NCBI RefSeq assembly: GCF_030028105.1
Contig: NC_092380.1
Location: 65,655,717 to 65,719,716, forward strand
Direction: 5' to 3'
DNA from: Mobula birostris
Lineage: Eukaryota
Length of the DNA: 64,000 nucleotides
Shown here: positions 26,725-40,035 of the stretch, in pieces
Layout of the letters: each line of letters starts with the position of its first letter
Position numbering within the stretch: position 1 is the first letter of the stretch
Made by a program: the position numbers and the translations under genes
The notes under the pieces: generated by a model
Database searches by the model: none
What the model saw: only the letters and a program-made list of their open reading frames with translations
Told to the model about the DNA's origin: nothing

Positions 26725-29700
26725 AGTTCTTGACAAATCGTATTAGGAAACTGGTGCTCAGCTTATAGATAGGAGCTACAGGGAGGTAGTTACTCCTAAT
26801 TTCCAGGACCTCAAGGGTAGTAATCTCTGGATGGCTGCTTGTGCCACATGCCAGTGAGGGTAAGAATAGGGTCATTTGGCAGGTGAATGTGTGGCTGAGA
26901 AATTGGTGTGTTGGGGGGTGAGGGACAGGGTTCCAGATTTCAGGATCATTGGCATCTCTTCAGGGGAAGGTATAAACTCTACAAAAAGAACTGACTTACA
27001 CCTGAACTTGAGGGGGACCAACATCCTCACCAGCAGATTTCTAGAGTTGTTGGGGAGGCCTTAAACTAATTTGGCAGGGGGAAGGGAATTGGAGTGTTAG
27101 GTCTGAGAATGGAGCAGTTGGAATGCAAGCAGATGCTGTGGGTAGTGAGACTGTGAGGCAAGATAGGCAGATGACAGGGCAAATTTGCAATCAGTGGGAT
27201 GGGCTGAAGTGTAACAGGGAGAAAAACTGATAAAGGCAATGAAAGTGTTATACTTGAATGCATGCAATATATGGAGTAAGGTAGATGATCATGTAGCGCA
27301 GTTAGAAACTGGCAGGTATGACATTGTGGGTGTCAATGAGTCGTGCATGAACGAAGATCATATTTGGGAGCTTAAAATCTAAGGTACAAATTACAATGGG
27401 AGATACAAATGGGTTGTAAAAAGGGCAAAGTTACAATAATCATGTGGGATTTCAGTTTTAGTTTGGAAAATCAGGTTGGTGCTGAATCACAAGAGATGTT
27501 TTTAGAATGCCAACAAGATGGTTTTTTGGAAGAGCTTGTGATTGAGCCCAACAGGGAAAAAGCAATTCAAGATAGGGTGTTGTGTAATAAACCAGATTTG
27601 ATTAGAGAGCTTAAGGTAAAAGAATTCTTAGGAGACAGTTATCATAATATGATAGAATTCACCCTGCAGTTTGAGAGGAAGAAGCTAAAATCAGATGTAT
27701 CATTACTACAGTGGAGTAAAGGGAATTACAGAGGCATGAGAGAGGAGCTGGCCAGAGTTGATTAGAAGGGGACACTAGCAAGGAACACAGCAGAACAGCA
27801 ATGGCTGGAGTTTCTGGAATTGACTCATAAGGCTCAAGATAGATACTGTACATGCCAAAGAAGTTTTTCTAAAGGGAGAATGAGACAACCGTGGCTGACA
27901 AGGGAAGGCAAAGACAACAGAAGGCAAATAAAAACGCAAGGAGAGTAAAGGTGAAATATGAAAGGAAGCTAGTCAATAATATCAAAGAAGATACCAAAAG
28001 TTTTTGTTTTGGATATATAAAGACTAAAAGAGAGGCAAGAGTGGATATCAGACTGCTGGAAAATGACCCTGGAGAGGTAGTAATGGGGGAACAAAGAAAC
28101 GGCAGATTTTGGCCTAAGATTTTGAATAAGTATTTTACGCCAGTCTTTACTTTGGAAGACACCAGCAGTATTCTGAATTCAAGGGTGGCAGGAGGCAGAA
28201 GTAAGTGTTGTTGCTATTACTAAGGTGAAGGTGCTTGGAAAGCTGAAAGGTCTTAAGATAGACAGGGCACTTGGACCAGTTGGACTACACCAAAGAGGTA
28301 GCTGAAGAGACTGTGAAGGAACTAGTAATTATCTTTTAAGAATCACGAGATTCTGGAATGGTTCTGGAGGACTTTAAATTACAAATGTCACACCACTCTT
28401 TAAGAAAGGAGGGAGGCAAAAGAAAGGAAATTATTGTCTAGCCTGACTTCAGTGTTTGGAAAGATATTGGAGTCCATTTTTAAGGATGAGATTTTGAGGT
28501 ACTTAGATGCACATGACAAAATAGGCCAAAATCAGCATTGTTTCTATAAGGGGAAATCTTGCCTGACAAATCTGTTGGATTTCTTTGAGGAAATAACAAG
28601 CAAAGTAGACAAAAGTAGAGTGAGTGGATGCTGTTTACTTGTACTTTCAGAAGGCATTTAATAAGGTCATGCACACGAGGCTACTAAACAAACTAATACC
28701 CATGGTATTTCAGGTATTGAGGATTGGCTGATTGGCGCGAAGAAAGGAGTGAGGCTAAAGGGGATCAATTGTCCCCTACCACTAGTGGCTAGTGGTGTTC
28801 CACTGGGGTTAGTGTTGTGACCGGTTTTTTGCCTGTTTTGTGGATGATACAAAGATAGGTAGAGGGTCACGTAATGCTGAGGAAGCACGGAGTCTGCCGA
28901 CAGACTTAAACAAATGAGGGGAATGGGCAAAGATGTGGCAGCTGGAATATAGTGTAGGGAAGTGTATTGTCATACACTATGGTAGAAGGAATAAAGATGT
29001 AGACTGTTTTTATAAATGGGGAGAAAATTCATTAATCAGTGGTGCAAAGGTACTTGCGAGTCCTTGAGCAGGATTCCCTAAGGGTTAACTTGCAGGTTGA
29101 GTCAGTGGTAAGGAAGACAAATGCAATCTTGGCATTCATTTTGAGTAGGCTAGACTATAAAAGCAAGTAGGTAATGCTGAGGTTTTATAAGGTATTGGTC
29201 AAACTGTACTTGGGGTATTGTGAGCCCCTTATCTAAGAAAGGATGTGTGCTGGCTTTGGAGGGAGACTAGAGGAGGTTCACGAATGATTCAGGTAATGAA
29301 AGGGTTAACATATGAGAAGCAATTGATGGTTCTCGGTCTGTACTTGCTGGAGGTTAGAAGAATGCGAAGGGAATCTCATTGAATTCTATCAAATATTCAA
29401 AGATCTAGAAAGGATGAATGTGGAGAAGAGGTAGGGAAGTCTGGACCAGAGGGCACAGCCTCAGAATATAAGGATGTCCCTTTAGAACAGAGAGGAAGAG
29501 GTATTTCTTTAGTCAGAGGGTGTTGAATCTGTGGAATTCACTGCCACAGGCAGCAGTGGAGGAAAAGTCACTGAGTATATTTAAAGTGGAGGTTGACAGG
29601 TTCTTGATTAGTAAAGGCATCAAAGGTCACAGGGAGAAGGCAGGAGAATGGGGATGAGAGGGACAGAAAATCAACCTTGATGAAATGGCAGAACAGACTC

Positions 29701-30943
29701 CATGGGCTGAATGGCATAATTCTTCTCCCTTGTCTCCCTTCTCCCATAGTCTGTTAATAAGATAGTAACAGAGTTCTAGTTTGGTAGACTGAAATCTGTG
29801 TTTGCTCTCTCCGTTGTCCAGGAATCACGGTGTGTACAAGCCATACAGCATAAAAGCTAAAGCGAGTTCAAATAAGTCACTCATTGGGTTTGGGGTCTGA
29901 GATGGTTGGAGCAAAAAAGTTGAAAGGCCACAGTTCTATCCCCCAATACTGAGGATATTAAAACAAATGTAATGTGTGAATTTGCTTGAATTGATTAAAT
30001 CCACAGCATAACTATGGGCATTTCATCTTTTGCCATGTTAAATTTCCCCGATTTGCACCCTTACCTTGGCCTTCACTAATTTTGCAATGAAATCAACAGA
30101 AGCTTGAAGAAAACACAATTTTTGTAACAGACTATAATCTTACAGAATCTACCATGAATTCAACACATCCTCCCATAACCTCTGTTCCTCTTTCTCTGCA
30201 GGCAGCAGATTTTGGTCAATGGACCTGGTGTATTGAGTTACTGCTCCATGAGACTCAGAGTTTTACTTTCTACTACTAACCATTTTTAGTCCACGTCATC
30301 ATTTCCTTCATCATCTATCCTTCTATTTTTCTCTCACTTAGGATCTCCCCCATTGTTCTATCTTTTTAGCGACCCTGCTAGCTACAGCCCAGATAACACT
30401 CCAAACTTTCCAGCCCCACCACTTCACTGCACTTACATCACTTACTTAGCAAATGTTTCTTTTTACCTATTGCAGGTTATTGACTACAACTCTTTCTTTA
30501 AAACTGCTTTCTTTATTCTTCCTTTTGTCTTTATTTCTTGACTTCAACATTTACTATATCTATTATTTCTGTTAACATCTTTGTTGGATTGGCAGGTATA
30601 ATTACTATTTTGTGATGTTAAAAGACCATGTTTTTATATATTACAACTATCAAGTAAATGTATGTTGTCTTTAATAAAAACAGAAAATGCTGGAAACACC
30701 CAGCAAACCAGGGAGCATCCAAGAAAAGAAAAGTCGAGTTAATTTTCAGGTCTGATCCTTCATCTGAACTATATTTCAGATTTCCTGCACCTGCATTTGG
30801 ATTTTTGCTTTGCTAGCTTTTTTTTATTGTACCTCTGGCAGAGGATGTAACATCTAAAAAATTAAAGTTAAATAAACAGACCAGTACGTTTGTTAATCCC
30901 ATCAAATAAAATCTCTTTTACCACCCATACTATTGCACACCTG

Positions 30944-31365
30944 TGTGATGGATATTCGCTTCCTAAGGTAGTGGGCCTCTTTTCTTGCCAGGCTTAGCTT
31001 TCTGCACACAGCTGCTGCCACTTGTAAAGATCAAACAGTGTAAGTTAAACTTCTAACTAATATCCTTTGTTCAGCTTCTGGACACATATGGTAGCCAGTT
31101 GTTCTTAAATTGTAAATGGCAAGCAGTAATCAGCTTGGAGTTAAAACAAGCAATATCTATAGAGCAGCTTTGCAAACAAGCTCTGTATATAGCAGACACA
31201 TTGTCTATAGAAAGCAGTATGTCGGTCACTGATTCTGCCTTATTGCTGTTCAAGAAGTGCAGTATAAGACTATGGGTTATTTAATTTGGCTTGTTTCTAA
31301 ACATACAAAGTTGTTTCAGTTCAAGGAAGCTTGCAGACCTGATGGCTAGCATATCAATAACTGAT
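30944..31365 (+). mobile_element. Truncated LTR (copy A) of the putative foamy-like ERV family
   Basis: Starts TGTGATGGATATTC and aligns by eye for ~420 bp with the 5' parts of 46700-48722 and 59163-60274. Confidence 0.8.
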
Positions 31366-31389
31366 TTGCACAATACTTCCTACCAAAAG

Positions 31390-32160
31390 CTATCTTCTCT
31401 CATCTTTCAACATTAAATTTCTGCTGTCATCTGTCCTCATGTAGATTATTACTATCTTTCTCACCAGTTATTCCAGTTTCCATGCTGTGGTTTATCTGCA
31501 GATTCTAGAATTGTATTCTGTAACCTCTAGTCCAAATCATTAATGTAGCAGGTCGTCCTGTTACTAAACCCTCCAGGAAAAGACCTCTGCTGTCTGAAGA
31601 AAATGTAACTCCCCCCTTACCTCTGGGCTGTGGAGAGCTGTGCAAACAAACAAAGAGAGAGGGAGTCAGCTGCTTTCAACAGCAAGTGATGAGAGAAACC
31701 ATGGAATTCGGGTAGTTTAGTAACACATGGAGCAGGTGCCGCCCACTGCAATGGCCCATATTAACTCTGCCACCCACGGTGTAGACCTGAGCCCACGTCT
31801 CAACAGTAGGTTGATTGTACCGTTTTCTGCCTTTGGAGGTAGCGTCTCAACACCAAGTCATAGGCCTCAGGCCTTCCAAAAACTTCAAATAAGGGAGTCA
31901 AGTGTGACTTTCCCTTTATAAATGCTGTTGTCACTCCTTTGGTAATTTATTATCATCCAAATAACTGTTCAATTTTGTCTCAAACATTACTTCAGCAATT
32001 AAACCCCTTGCTGTTAATTTGCCTGATTTATTCTTTTCTCCCTCCTTGAATAAGAGTGTAACATTTGCAATCCTTCAGTCTATTGTCACTATCTTCATAC
32101 GTACTGAGACCTGAAATATGATGGCGAGGACAATTTCTGCTCTTATTTCCTCACCAGTTG
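31390..32160 (-). mobile_element. Old CR1 RT remnant, interrupted by a ~270-bp insertion (31604-~31870)
   Basis: Reverse-strand remnants of YINDLD (~31530), a PQGSV-like motif (~31570) and KGKS.LT (~31910). Confidence 0.5.
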
Positions 32161-34829
32161 GATCAATCAAATGTAGATACATTTATTTCTATTATGTCTC
32201 ATAATGTGTTTGGTTTCTCCAATGTAGAGGAGACAACCAGAAGCGCTATACTAGTGAAGAAATGCAAGCAAATTTCTGTTTTACATTTCGTGTCTTCTTT
32301 ACCTGTTATAAATAGCTACTGGTCATAAATTACTCTGTGATTTTAGGAGGAAAAGTTTTCTCCTCTTTTATGTGGAAAGAAAAAAAAAAAAGTGCTTAAC
32401 AACTTTGCCAATTTTCTGCAGCTTGCCGATGAAAGAGGGATAAATCATCTGCCTGGATTGATTGGCAGTTACATTTAATGTGAATATCCGTCATTGAGCC
32501 GGAGGCTTGGAGTTCAACGTGCAGTAAACTGGTCTCTCCCACAAGGCTGACTACAAATACTCATGAACAATGCTGACTCAGCAGTTGTTCCTACTCTGTA
32601 AAATTCATTAAATGCAACGGCAAATGGGAACAGGGAAAGGAGAATTTCTGATCGCGTTTACTTTCAAAAGATTTATATTTTTATTAACAGAGACATTGTT
32701 GGTCTAAATAAGGAAGTAAAAAAAATGTCTCATGCTTTTACATAAAACAAATCAGTTTTAATGATTAGGTTAGGTTTACTAAGTATCAAGGACAGTGAGT
32801 AATGGACACCAGAGATGGAGCTACAAGGAATTTGTTGGAGGTCATTCACTTGAGCTCAAATGGTTTATAATCACCAGACCAGAATTGCAAAGATGATCCA
32901 CCATTCTGAAAATCTGTTGTTTTATATTTGACGACGAAGTCAAAATGTCACATAGACTGAGTTCACTTAATCACTGAGTGACTCATGTGAGACACCACCA
33001 TTTATCAAGCTCAAGTTCAAATTTAATTGTCATTCAACCCATGAATACAGCTAAATGAAACAGTAACACAGTAAAACACAGTAACAACTGTCATACACAG
33101 CTCAAGTCAAATATAGCAAGCTCATCAAAGATATCAGTAAAATACAGTCATACAAAAATATACTCCAAGACCGAGTCCAGGAACGTTGCAGCAGTCTGCT
33201 GTTGAACACAATATGGTTTGTCTTCTGCTGAGAGAACAATGGAGAGCAGCACTGACTCCAGCATGGGCTCTGTAACACGCGGCCCTTGGCATGCTGGTGG
33301 AGTGCACCGACTCCAGCACCTCTTGCCAGGGCAGCTGCAAACAGGCGACACCATGGCTTGCGGCTATGGCCGAGGCCACGCAGCTCCCCCATCGTCTCAC
33401 CAATAAATCAGTGAACTGGACTTGCAGCATTCCACATTAACAATGTCCAACAGGGTTTTGTGATCACAAGAAAAGTGACGAGGATGATCACTCGCTGTCA
33501 GACTGCACACCATCTTTGTGCACCGACGCCTCTCTGAAGCAGGCAGCAGCGCAATCCACACCAAGTCCAGCTCCTTTAAGTTCTCCTCCAACGAGCAACT
33601 CCCTGATAAGGTCGATCTGCAGTGTTTTAACTTCTTAATGCACAGCAGGGTCTTGCGATGGTTAAAAATACATTAAAAAAAGACAATAGCACCTTTGCTT
33701 GGCCCTATAGAAGGTGCTGTGTCTGAGTGCACCGCCATTTTACCGGCACTCATGTATGTCTCATGTAATTGAATAATGTGGAGTGGGGAGCAGATACCCA
33801 TGGTCACAGACACTAATATTCTGACAATTTTATTCCTTTCAAATGAAATTACTAAATGGCTGAATGCACCAGACAAAGATAAGGCCCAACAACCTCTCCA
33901 TTTTGAGGTTGAGAACTTATGCACAAAGTATGGCTGTGCTTTTCAGATTGCTGAACCATTGAAACTTTAACGATATGGAAAGAGCCCTATTACAGAGTGA
34001 TCATCACTAATACTCTGAACCTCAAGAGCCTGATTTGAACTTCACCTTGGTAAAACCTCATATTATTATGACATGAATTCTAGAATTGAGGTCAAATGAT
34101 TTTTCTGGGTATTAATCCAGCCTTTGATAAGATATTGAGAATCAATTGGAAAACTGAAGTAAATGGAGACTGGAAGATAAATTCTCCCATGTCATACCCT
34201 GAGTAAAACTTGGTTACAATTGTAGAAGGCCAATATTCCTAATTTCAGAACTTTACTGAAAGAATCTGTCAGGAATACATTGCAATAATCCTTCTGATAC
34301 TTCAGTAGCTTTTCCTGATCACAAGGAAAGAAATGATTGCTGTATTCTGCTTCATTCACTGTTTCTTATAACAAAGGTTACATACATTTGAACAGACGAA
34401 AGCCAAGTAATATTCAATAATTAATGCATATCACTACTTAAAGACAGAGTTAAACTACTTTCTTCTTCATTCAATAGCATTATCATCATTGAATTCACTA
34501 TCATCAATAGCCTAGTGTTTTCTATTGACTAGAAACTTAACCAGACCAGCATCATAAATACCTTGGCTACTAAAACTGTTAGAGACTAGAAATGTTGCAA
34601 TGTTTGCTCTCATCTCCAAAGTCTCTCTGATCCCTGAAAAGCATATCATGATTATTACAAAATAATTTATGGCAGAACTGTGTTAAGGTAGGGTTTATTT
34701 TGAATAATTTGTCATCTAAATCACTAACCAGTATTATTATGGAATCATTCCTGGAAAAGAGTGATTGCGAGCAGTTTGACACTGTCCAAGATCAAGCAGA
34801 CCTTATGCTCTGGATGTAATGCACCATAT

Positions 34830-35125
34830 AAGGTAAAACTTCATATATCCCAAAGGAAATTGTTGTTGCGATGTTGCTCAGTCAAAAATATATACTTTAA
34901 AATACAAATTGTAAGCATTGAAGTATGAAAAAATACAAAATGTGCATCAAAAAGTAATAATGCAAAATACAGATCTGCAATGAAACCATATACTTATACA
35001 CTTAAGAAGGAGGAGCTGTAGAGTCTTATAGCCACAGGGAGAAAGGATCTCCTGTGGCGTTCAGTGATGCACCTTGGTGAAATCAGTCTGTTACTAAATG
35101 TGCTCCTTTGTCTGTCCAGTATGTA
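34830..35125 (-). mobile_element. Rex1-type LINE 3' end
   Basis: Minus strand reads HRRSFLPVAIRLYS, matching RSFLPLAIRIYN of the 47552-48423 copy. Confidence 0.6.
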
Positions 35126-35727
35126 AGTATGTTATTCAGTGACAGTGCATGTGAGATTTAACAGCATACCTCAAATCCATGATGTGTGAAAAATGTACAT
35201 CAGAATAACATCACATCTACATCTCACACTATCTGGTCTGGAACTAATTCTTGCGCCTTTATCACTGCTGTTCAAATTCGAGATCTTCATAACTAAGACC
35301 GGATTTGGAAAATTGACACCTTGTTAACTACAATAGTTCAGTAAAGCACACACAAGCACTTTCTCTGTCTTGGTGATAAATATTGGCTTTGTTCAAAGCC
35401 AAAGAATGTAAGGATTCAGGTGCAATATTAATGTAGTGAGCCACATGATGAATGGTAGAATACTATAGCATCGATATTTGTGTGATGTAGCATCTCTGAG
35501 AGAACCGATATCACATAACATCATCACTGTCTTGAAATTGGTAGAATTTGTCCTATTTGAAATCCTGGTAGAGAAGGAGAAATAATGTTCAGGTGATTAA
35601 TGCAAAATTACACTTAATTTGGTTTTCCATGGAATTATTATTCAGGAATACATTTAGAGAAGTATCAGAATTTGATTCCAGGAACTACCATTATTTTTGC
35701 ATTTTGCATATAGGATCTGCTCTCATT

Positions 35728-37372
35728 TTCAAGTCCAGTCAAGTCAAGTCACTTTTTATTGTCATTTCAACCATAACTGCTGGTACAGTACACTAAAATC
35801 GAGACAATGTTTTTCAGGACCATGGAGCTACATGAAACAATACAAAAACTACACTGAACTATGTAAAACAACACAGAAACTACACTAGACTACAGACCTA
35901 CCCAGGACTGCATAAAGTACACAAAACAGTGCAGGCATTACAATAAACAATAAACAAGACAATAGGCACAGTAGAGGGCAGTAGGTTGGTGTCAGTCCAG
36001 GCTCTGGGTATTGAGGAGTCTGATAGCTCGGGGGAAGAAACTGTTACATAGTCTGGACATGAAAGCCTGAATGCTTCGGTGCCTTTTGCCAGATGGCAGG
36101 AGGGAGAAGAGTTTATATGAGGGGTGCGGGGGGGGGGGGTCCTTTATAATGCTGTTTGCTTTATGGATGCAGCATGTGATGTAAATGTCTGTAATGACGG
36201 GAAGAGAAACCCTGATGATCTTCTCAGTTGACCTCACTATACGCTGCAGGGTCTTGTGATCCAAGATGGTGCAATTTCTGAAACAGGCAGTGACGCAGCT
36301 GCTCAGGATGCTCTCAAAAAAACCTCCATAGAATGTGGTGAGGATGGGGGTGGGAGATGGACTTTTCTCCGCCTTCGCAGAAAGTATAGATGCTGCTGGG
36401 CTTTCTTTGCTATGGAGCTGGTGTTGAGGGACCAGGTGAGATTCTCTGCCAGGTGAACACCAAGAAATTTGGTGCTGTTAACGATCTCTACGGAGGAGTC
36501 ATCGATGTTCAGCGGAGAGTGGTTGCTCCGTGTCCTCCTGAAGTCAACAACCATCTCTTTTGTTTTGTTCACATTCAGAGACAGGTTGTTGGCTCTGCAC
36601 CAGTCTGTTAGCCGCTGCACCTCCTCTCTGTATGCTGACTCATCGTTCTTGCTGATGAGACCCACCATGGTCGTGTCATCAGTGACCTTGATGATGTGGT
36701 TCGAGCTGTGTGTTGCAGCACAGTCGTGGGTCAGCACTGTTCACGCTGGGGTGCCCCGTGCTCAGTGTGATGGTGTTGGAGATGCTGCTTCCAATCTGGA
36801 CTGACTGAGGTCTCCCAGTCAGGAAGTCTAGGATCCAGTTGCAGTGGGAGGTGTTTAGGCCCAGTAGGCTCAACTTTCCAATCAGTTTCTGAGGAATGGT
36901 TGTGTTGAATGCTGAACTGAAGTCTATGAACAGCATTTGAACGTACGTGTCTTTTTTTTGCACAGGTGGGTTTGGGCCAAGTGGAAGGTGATGGCAATGG
37001 CGTCATCTGTTGAACGGTTGGGACGGTACACGAACTGCGGGGGGCTCAGTGAGGGGGGCAGCAGGGTCTTGATGCGCCTCATGACGAGCCTCTCGAAACA
37101 CTTCATGATGATGGATGTGAGTGCAATGGGACAGTAGTCGTTGAGGCAGGACACTGAAGACTTCTTCAGCATGGGGACGATGGTGGCGGCCTTGAAGCAC
37201 ATAGGAACGACGGCACTGCTCAGGGAGATGTTGAAGATGTCAGTGAGAATCTCAGCTAGCTGGTCTGCACATCCAAGCACTCTGCCAGGAATATTGTCTG
37301 GTCCAGCAGCCTTCCGTGGGTTGACCCTGCTCTGGGTTCTCCTCACATCGGCATCGGTAAGACACAGCACCT
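35728..37372 (-). mobile_element. Rex1/Babar LINE, 5'-truncated, young
   Basis: ORFs 36924..37370, 36679..36963 and 36303..36737 have [53 protein letters not shown] and IIKVTDDTT; (TTGAC)n tail near 35730. Confidence 0.95.
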
Positions 37373-37375
37373 AAC

Positions 37376-37856
37376 AACAGGTTTGCTTTTGGGCGATCTC
37401 TGTATCTCGCACCATCAACTGGGCATATTAAAGTGTCCTGTAGCCGACCGTTATCCTGATAATCTGGCAAACGACCGAGCTGTTGCTTTACACCAGCCTC
37501 AGTTGATAGGGCTGGATAATTGGATTGTGCCATTCTGCTACAGCCAGAGGGGTGTTCTCTGGAGCTGCTTCATTTATGCCATATCTTTTTAAGGACAGGA
37601 ATGTTTTCTCTCCCCTGCAATTTACTATGGACTGGCCAGTATCGAATATAAACCTGCAGTCAGGAGATGAGTGGTGTCTCTTGGTTTGAGGAGTATTTAC
37701 TATGCTGTTGTAACTAAGGTCTGTTCTGTTTAGCTGATTCAAGTTTGGACTCTAGAACAGTTCTGCTGAGTTTGTAAACATTTTGGGTAAATAAAACCCC
37801 TATGTTTTTCACCCTTACCTGCTCTCCCAGTTTTATGCTTACCCTGATCCTTCACA
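37376..37856 (+). mobile_element. LTR-like fragment
   Basis: TATAAA-like site near 37647, AATAAA near 37790 and a terminal ...CCTTCACA; the 5' end abuts the Rex1 truncation point; no TSD found. Confidence 0.3.
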
Positions 37857-38599
37857 GATGGTAGATAGTCGCTCTGTTATCCATTTGCCCTAATCAAAAA
37901 TTGTGCCTTAAAATTAAATTTTAAAAATTAAATTAAAGTAACACCAGATCTGAAAGGCCGCTGCTGCCGTGCTGCACTGCCTGCCTGCTCCTGGACCCTC
38001 AAAAAAAGAACCGAAAAGAAGTGGAAAGCCTCAAGGTGTTGCCATATAGCCATGATCTGTGGGATCTTTAGAATAGCAGGACTTAACAGATTTCATTGTT
38101 GGTATTACATAGATTCTGTTCCATTACTTTTGAATACTAAAACAGCCAGTCCAAGCATGAATATCATCATGCCTTACTCTGAATATTAGGGAACAATCAT
38201 ACCACTGAATAGGCACCCACATTAAGGGAAAGGAAAGTATCTCAGAGGAAACCTCAAAATGATGATAATATGCAAAGCCGCTTGCTTCCATTTTCTCCAC
38301 TGTTCTTTCGTCCCTGACGAATTATTTTGTCATGTCACTGATCTGATACCCAGTAGTGGATGAAGAAAAAATTCATCTAAATAAGTTGCTTCAGTCCTTG
38401 TCACAAAATAAATTCACCAATCACTATTTCCATTATACTACCAACCGCTTGAGATGGAACTAGATCCCTCATATAATCAGTATGGAGTGTGATGAGACGA
38501 ATATCTGATCACAAGATCACTTCATTGCTAAGGTTGCATCCTGCCTTGCTGTACTTGCCTCAGTTTTTCTGCTGACACAACTTTATTCATGCCATGTTT

Positions 38600-39100
38600 A
38601 TTCCCCTAGTTGATCTCTTTTCTACCCTGCATAAAAGTCTCATCCAAAACTCTGTTGCCAATGACCTACCTTGCATCACATCTTGTTTACTCACTTTACC
38701 CACAACCACTGACCTACCCTGATTTCCAGTCTGGCATCATCTCAATTTTAAAGCTTTCAGACTTGGCTTCAAATCCTTTCATGGCCTTGTCCCAACCATC
38801 CCTGCAAACAATTCTATCCCAACAGCAAGATCTCCAGTTCTTATTTCACATACATCCTCAGCTCCACCATTAGTGGTTGCACCTTCACCTGTGCAGACCT
38901 ATTCAGGAATTCCTGCACAAAGCCCTGTCACTTCTCTACCTCCCTTCAGATCCTCCTGAAAATTTACCTCTGCAACTAAGCCTTTGGTCATCTGTTTTAA
39001 TATCTCCTTTCATCGCTTACTTTCAACTTTTGTTTGAAATGTTTTGTGAATTTTTTTGGAACATTTTATTACATTAAAACTGCTATATTAATGCATGTAT
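38600..39100 (+). mobile_element. L2 LINE 3' remnant
   Basis: IQNSVA-like motif and an L2-like 3' end (ACATTAAAACTGCTATATTAATGCA). Confidence 0.55.
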
Positions 39101-39675
39101 TGATAATCCACATAATTAGCCCATGATTTTATATTTTTCCTTTGGCAAAACTAGCTTCATTATTCATAGTTAAATAACATACTGTTGGCAGAGAAATAAT
39201 TGCTTTCATGTTACATCACTAATGTCTATTTTTTCCCGCATAGTAAATTAACCTACTTTCAATCTAGTCTGTGATTATTTCAAAGAGTGATAATTATTCA
39301 ACTTGATGTACTACCTGTAGGAAGTTGAAGACAGATTTTGTTCTAATCCTTTCATTTACTTGCAGTTAGTGTTCCATGTGCCTCCAACTATTCATCATCA
39401 TGATGTAACAATGGGTTTATAAATCTGCTAAAGTAGGCTCTGCATGTGATAACGTATTTGTATCTCTCTATATCTTTCTATGTAAAGTTAGATAAATCAA
39501 AGTGAAAATATATTCAGAAGGAGAAAATAAGCACATCTGTAAAATTCACCAAAACAGTTGAATCACTATAAATAAAATCAGAAAATACTGGAACTACTCA
39601 GCAGGCCACACAAGGTTTGTGGAGGGAGAAAGTGGGTTAACGCTTCAATGATCTTTCATTAGAACTTGGAAAAGT

Positions 39676-40035
39676 GGGCCGGCTGGCAGCGCTGGACCCG
39701 GGAGCGGAGGTTCCCGGGTTCAAAACCAGTCGGGTCCGCTCCCGAGTACGATTTCCATCCGTGCCAGGTTGAGTGTCGAGATTGCAACTCGACCTCGTAA
39801 AATAAAGGGAAAAATACTGCAAAAATGTCTGTGTGAGGAGTGGTGCGCCACACCGTCTCTCTCTCTCTCTCTCTGGCTCTGCGCCTTGTAAAAAGCCATG
39901 AAAAAGACATCATCATGGATGCACGCATGCATGCACATGCAGGTGCACAGTCACGCATGCACGCAGAGACGCGCATGCACGCAGAGACGCTCATGCACGC
40001 ACACGCACAGACGCACATGCACACGCCAAAAAAAA
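39676..40035 (+). mobile_element. Young tRNA-derived SINE with poly(A) tail
   Basis: GGGCCGGCTGG start, B-box GGTTCAAAACC, CpG-rich body, (CT)n and GCACGCAT-type repeats, A tail; 15-bp TSD AGAACTTG(G/A)AAAAGT at 39661-39675 and 40036-40050. Confidence 0.85.

Larger units (their letters stand above)
25850..29735 (+). mobile_element. Near full-length degenerate CR1 (ORF1 zinc finger and esterase, plus ORF2)
   Basis: ORF1-like VVCSSCEIWELWETSSLPDNYICTWCIQLQ near 25910; esterase-like RVVISG and LHLN region at 26800-27060; ORF2 start MKVLYLNA at 27239; RT motifs at 28430-28870. Many stops and frameshifts. Confidence 0.9.

Noticed and set aside
30181-30290. Strong plus-strand splice acceptor TCTTTCTCTGCAG
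   Set aside because: Resembles the decayed Penelope-end repeat; no convincing donor or recognisable peptide follows.
35407-37856. A single LTR split by Rex1 (TGTAAGGATTCAGG ... CCTGATCCTTCACA)
   Set aside because: The ends are only imperfectly inverted, there is no TSD (AGAA vs GATG), and the two halves differ in composition; only the right part is kept, at low confidence.
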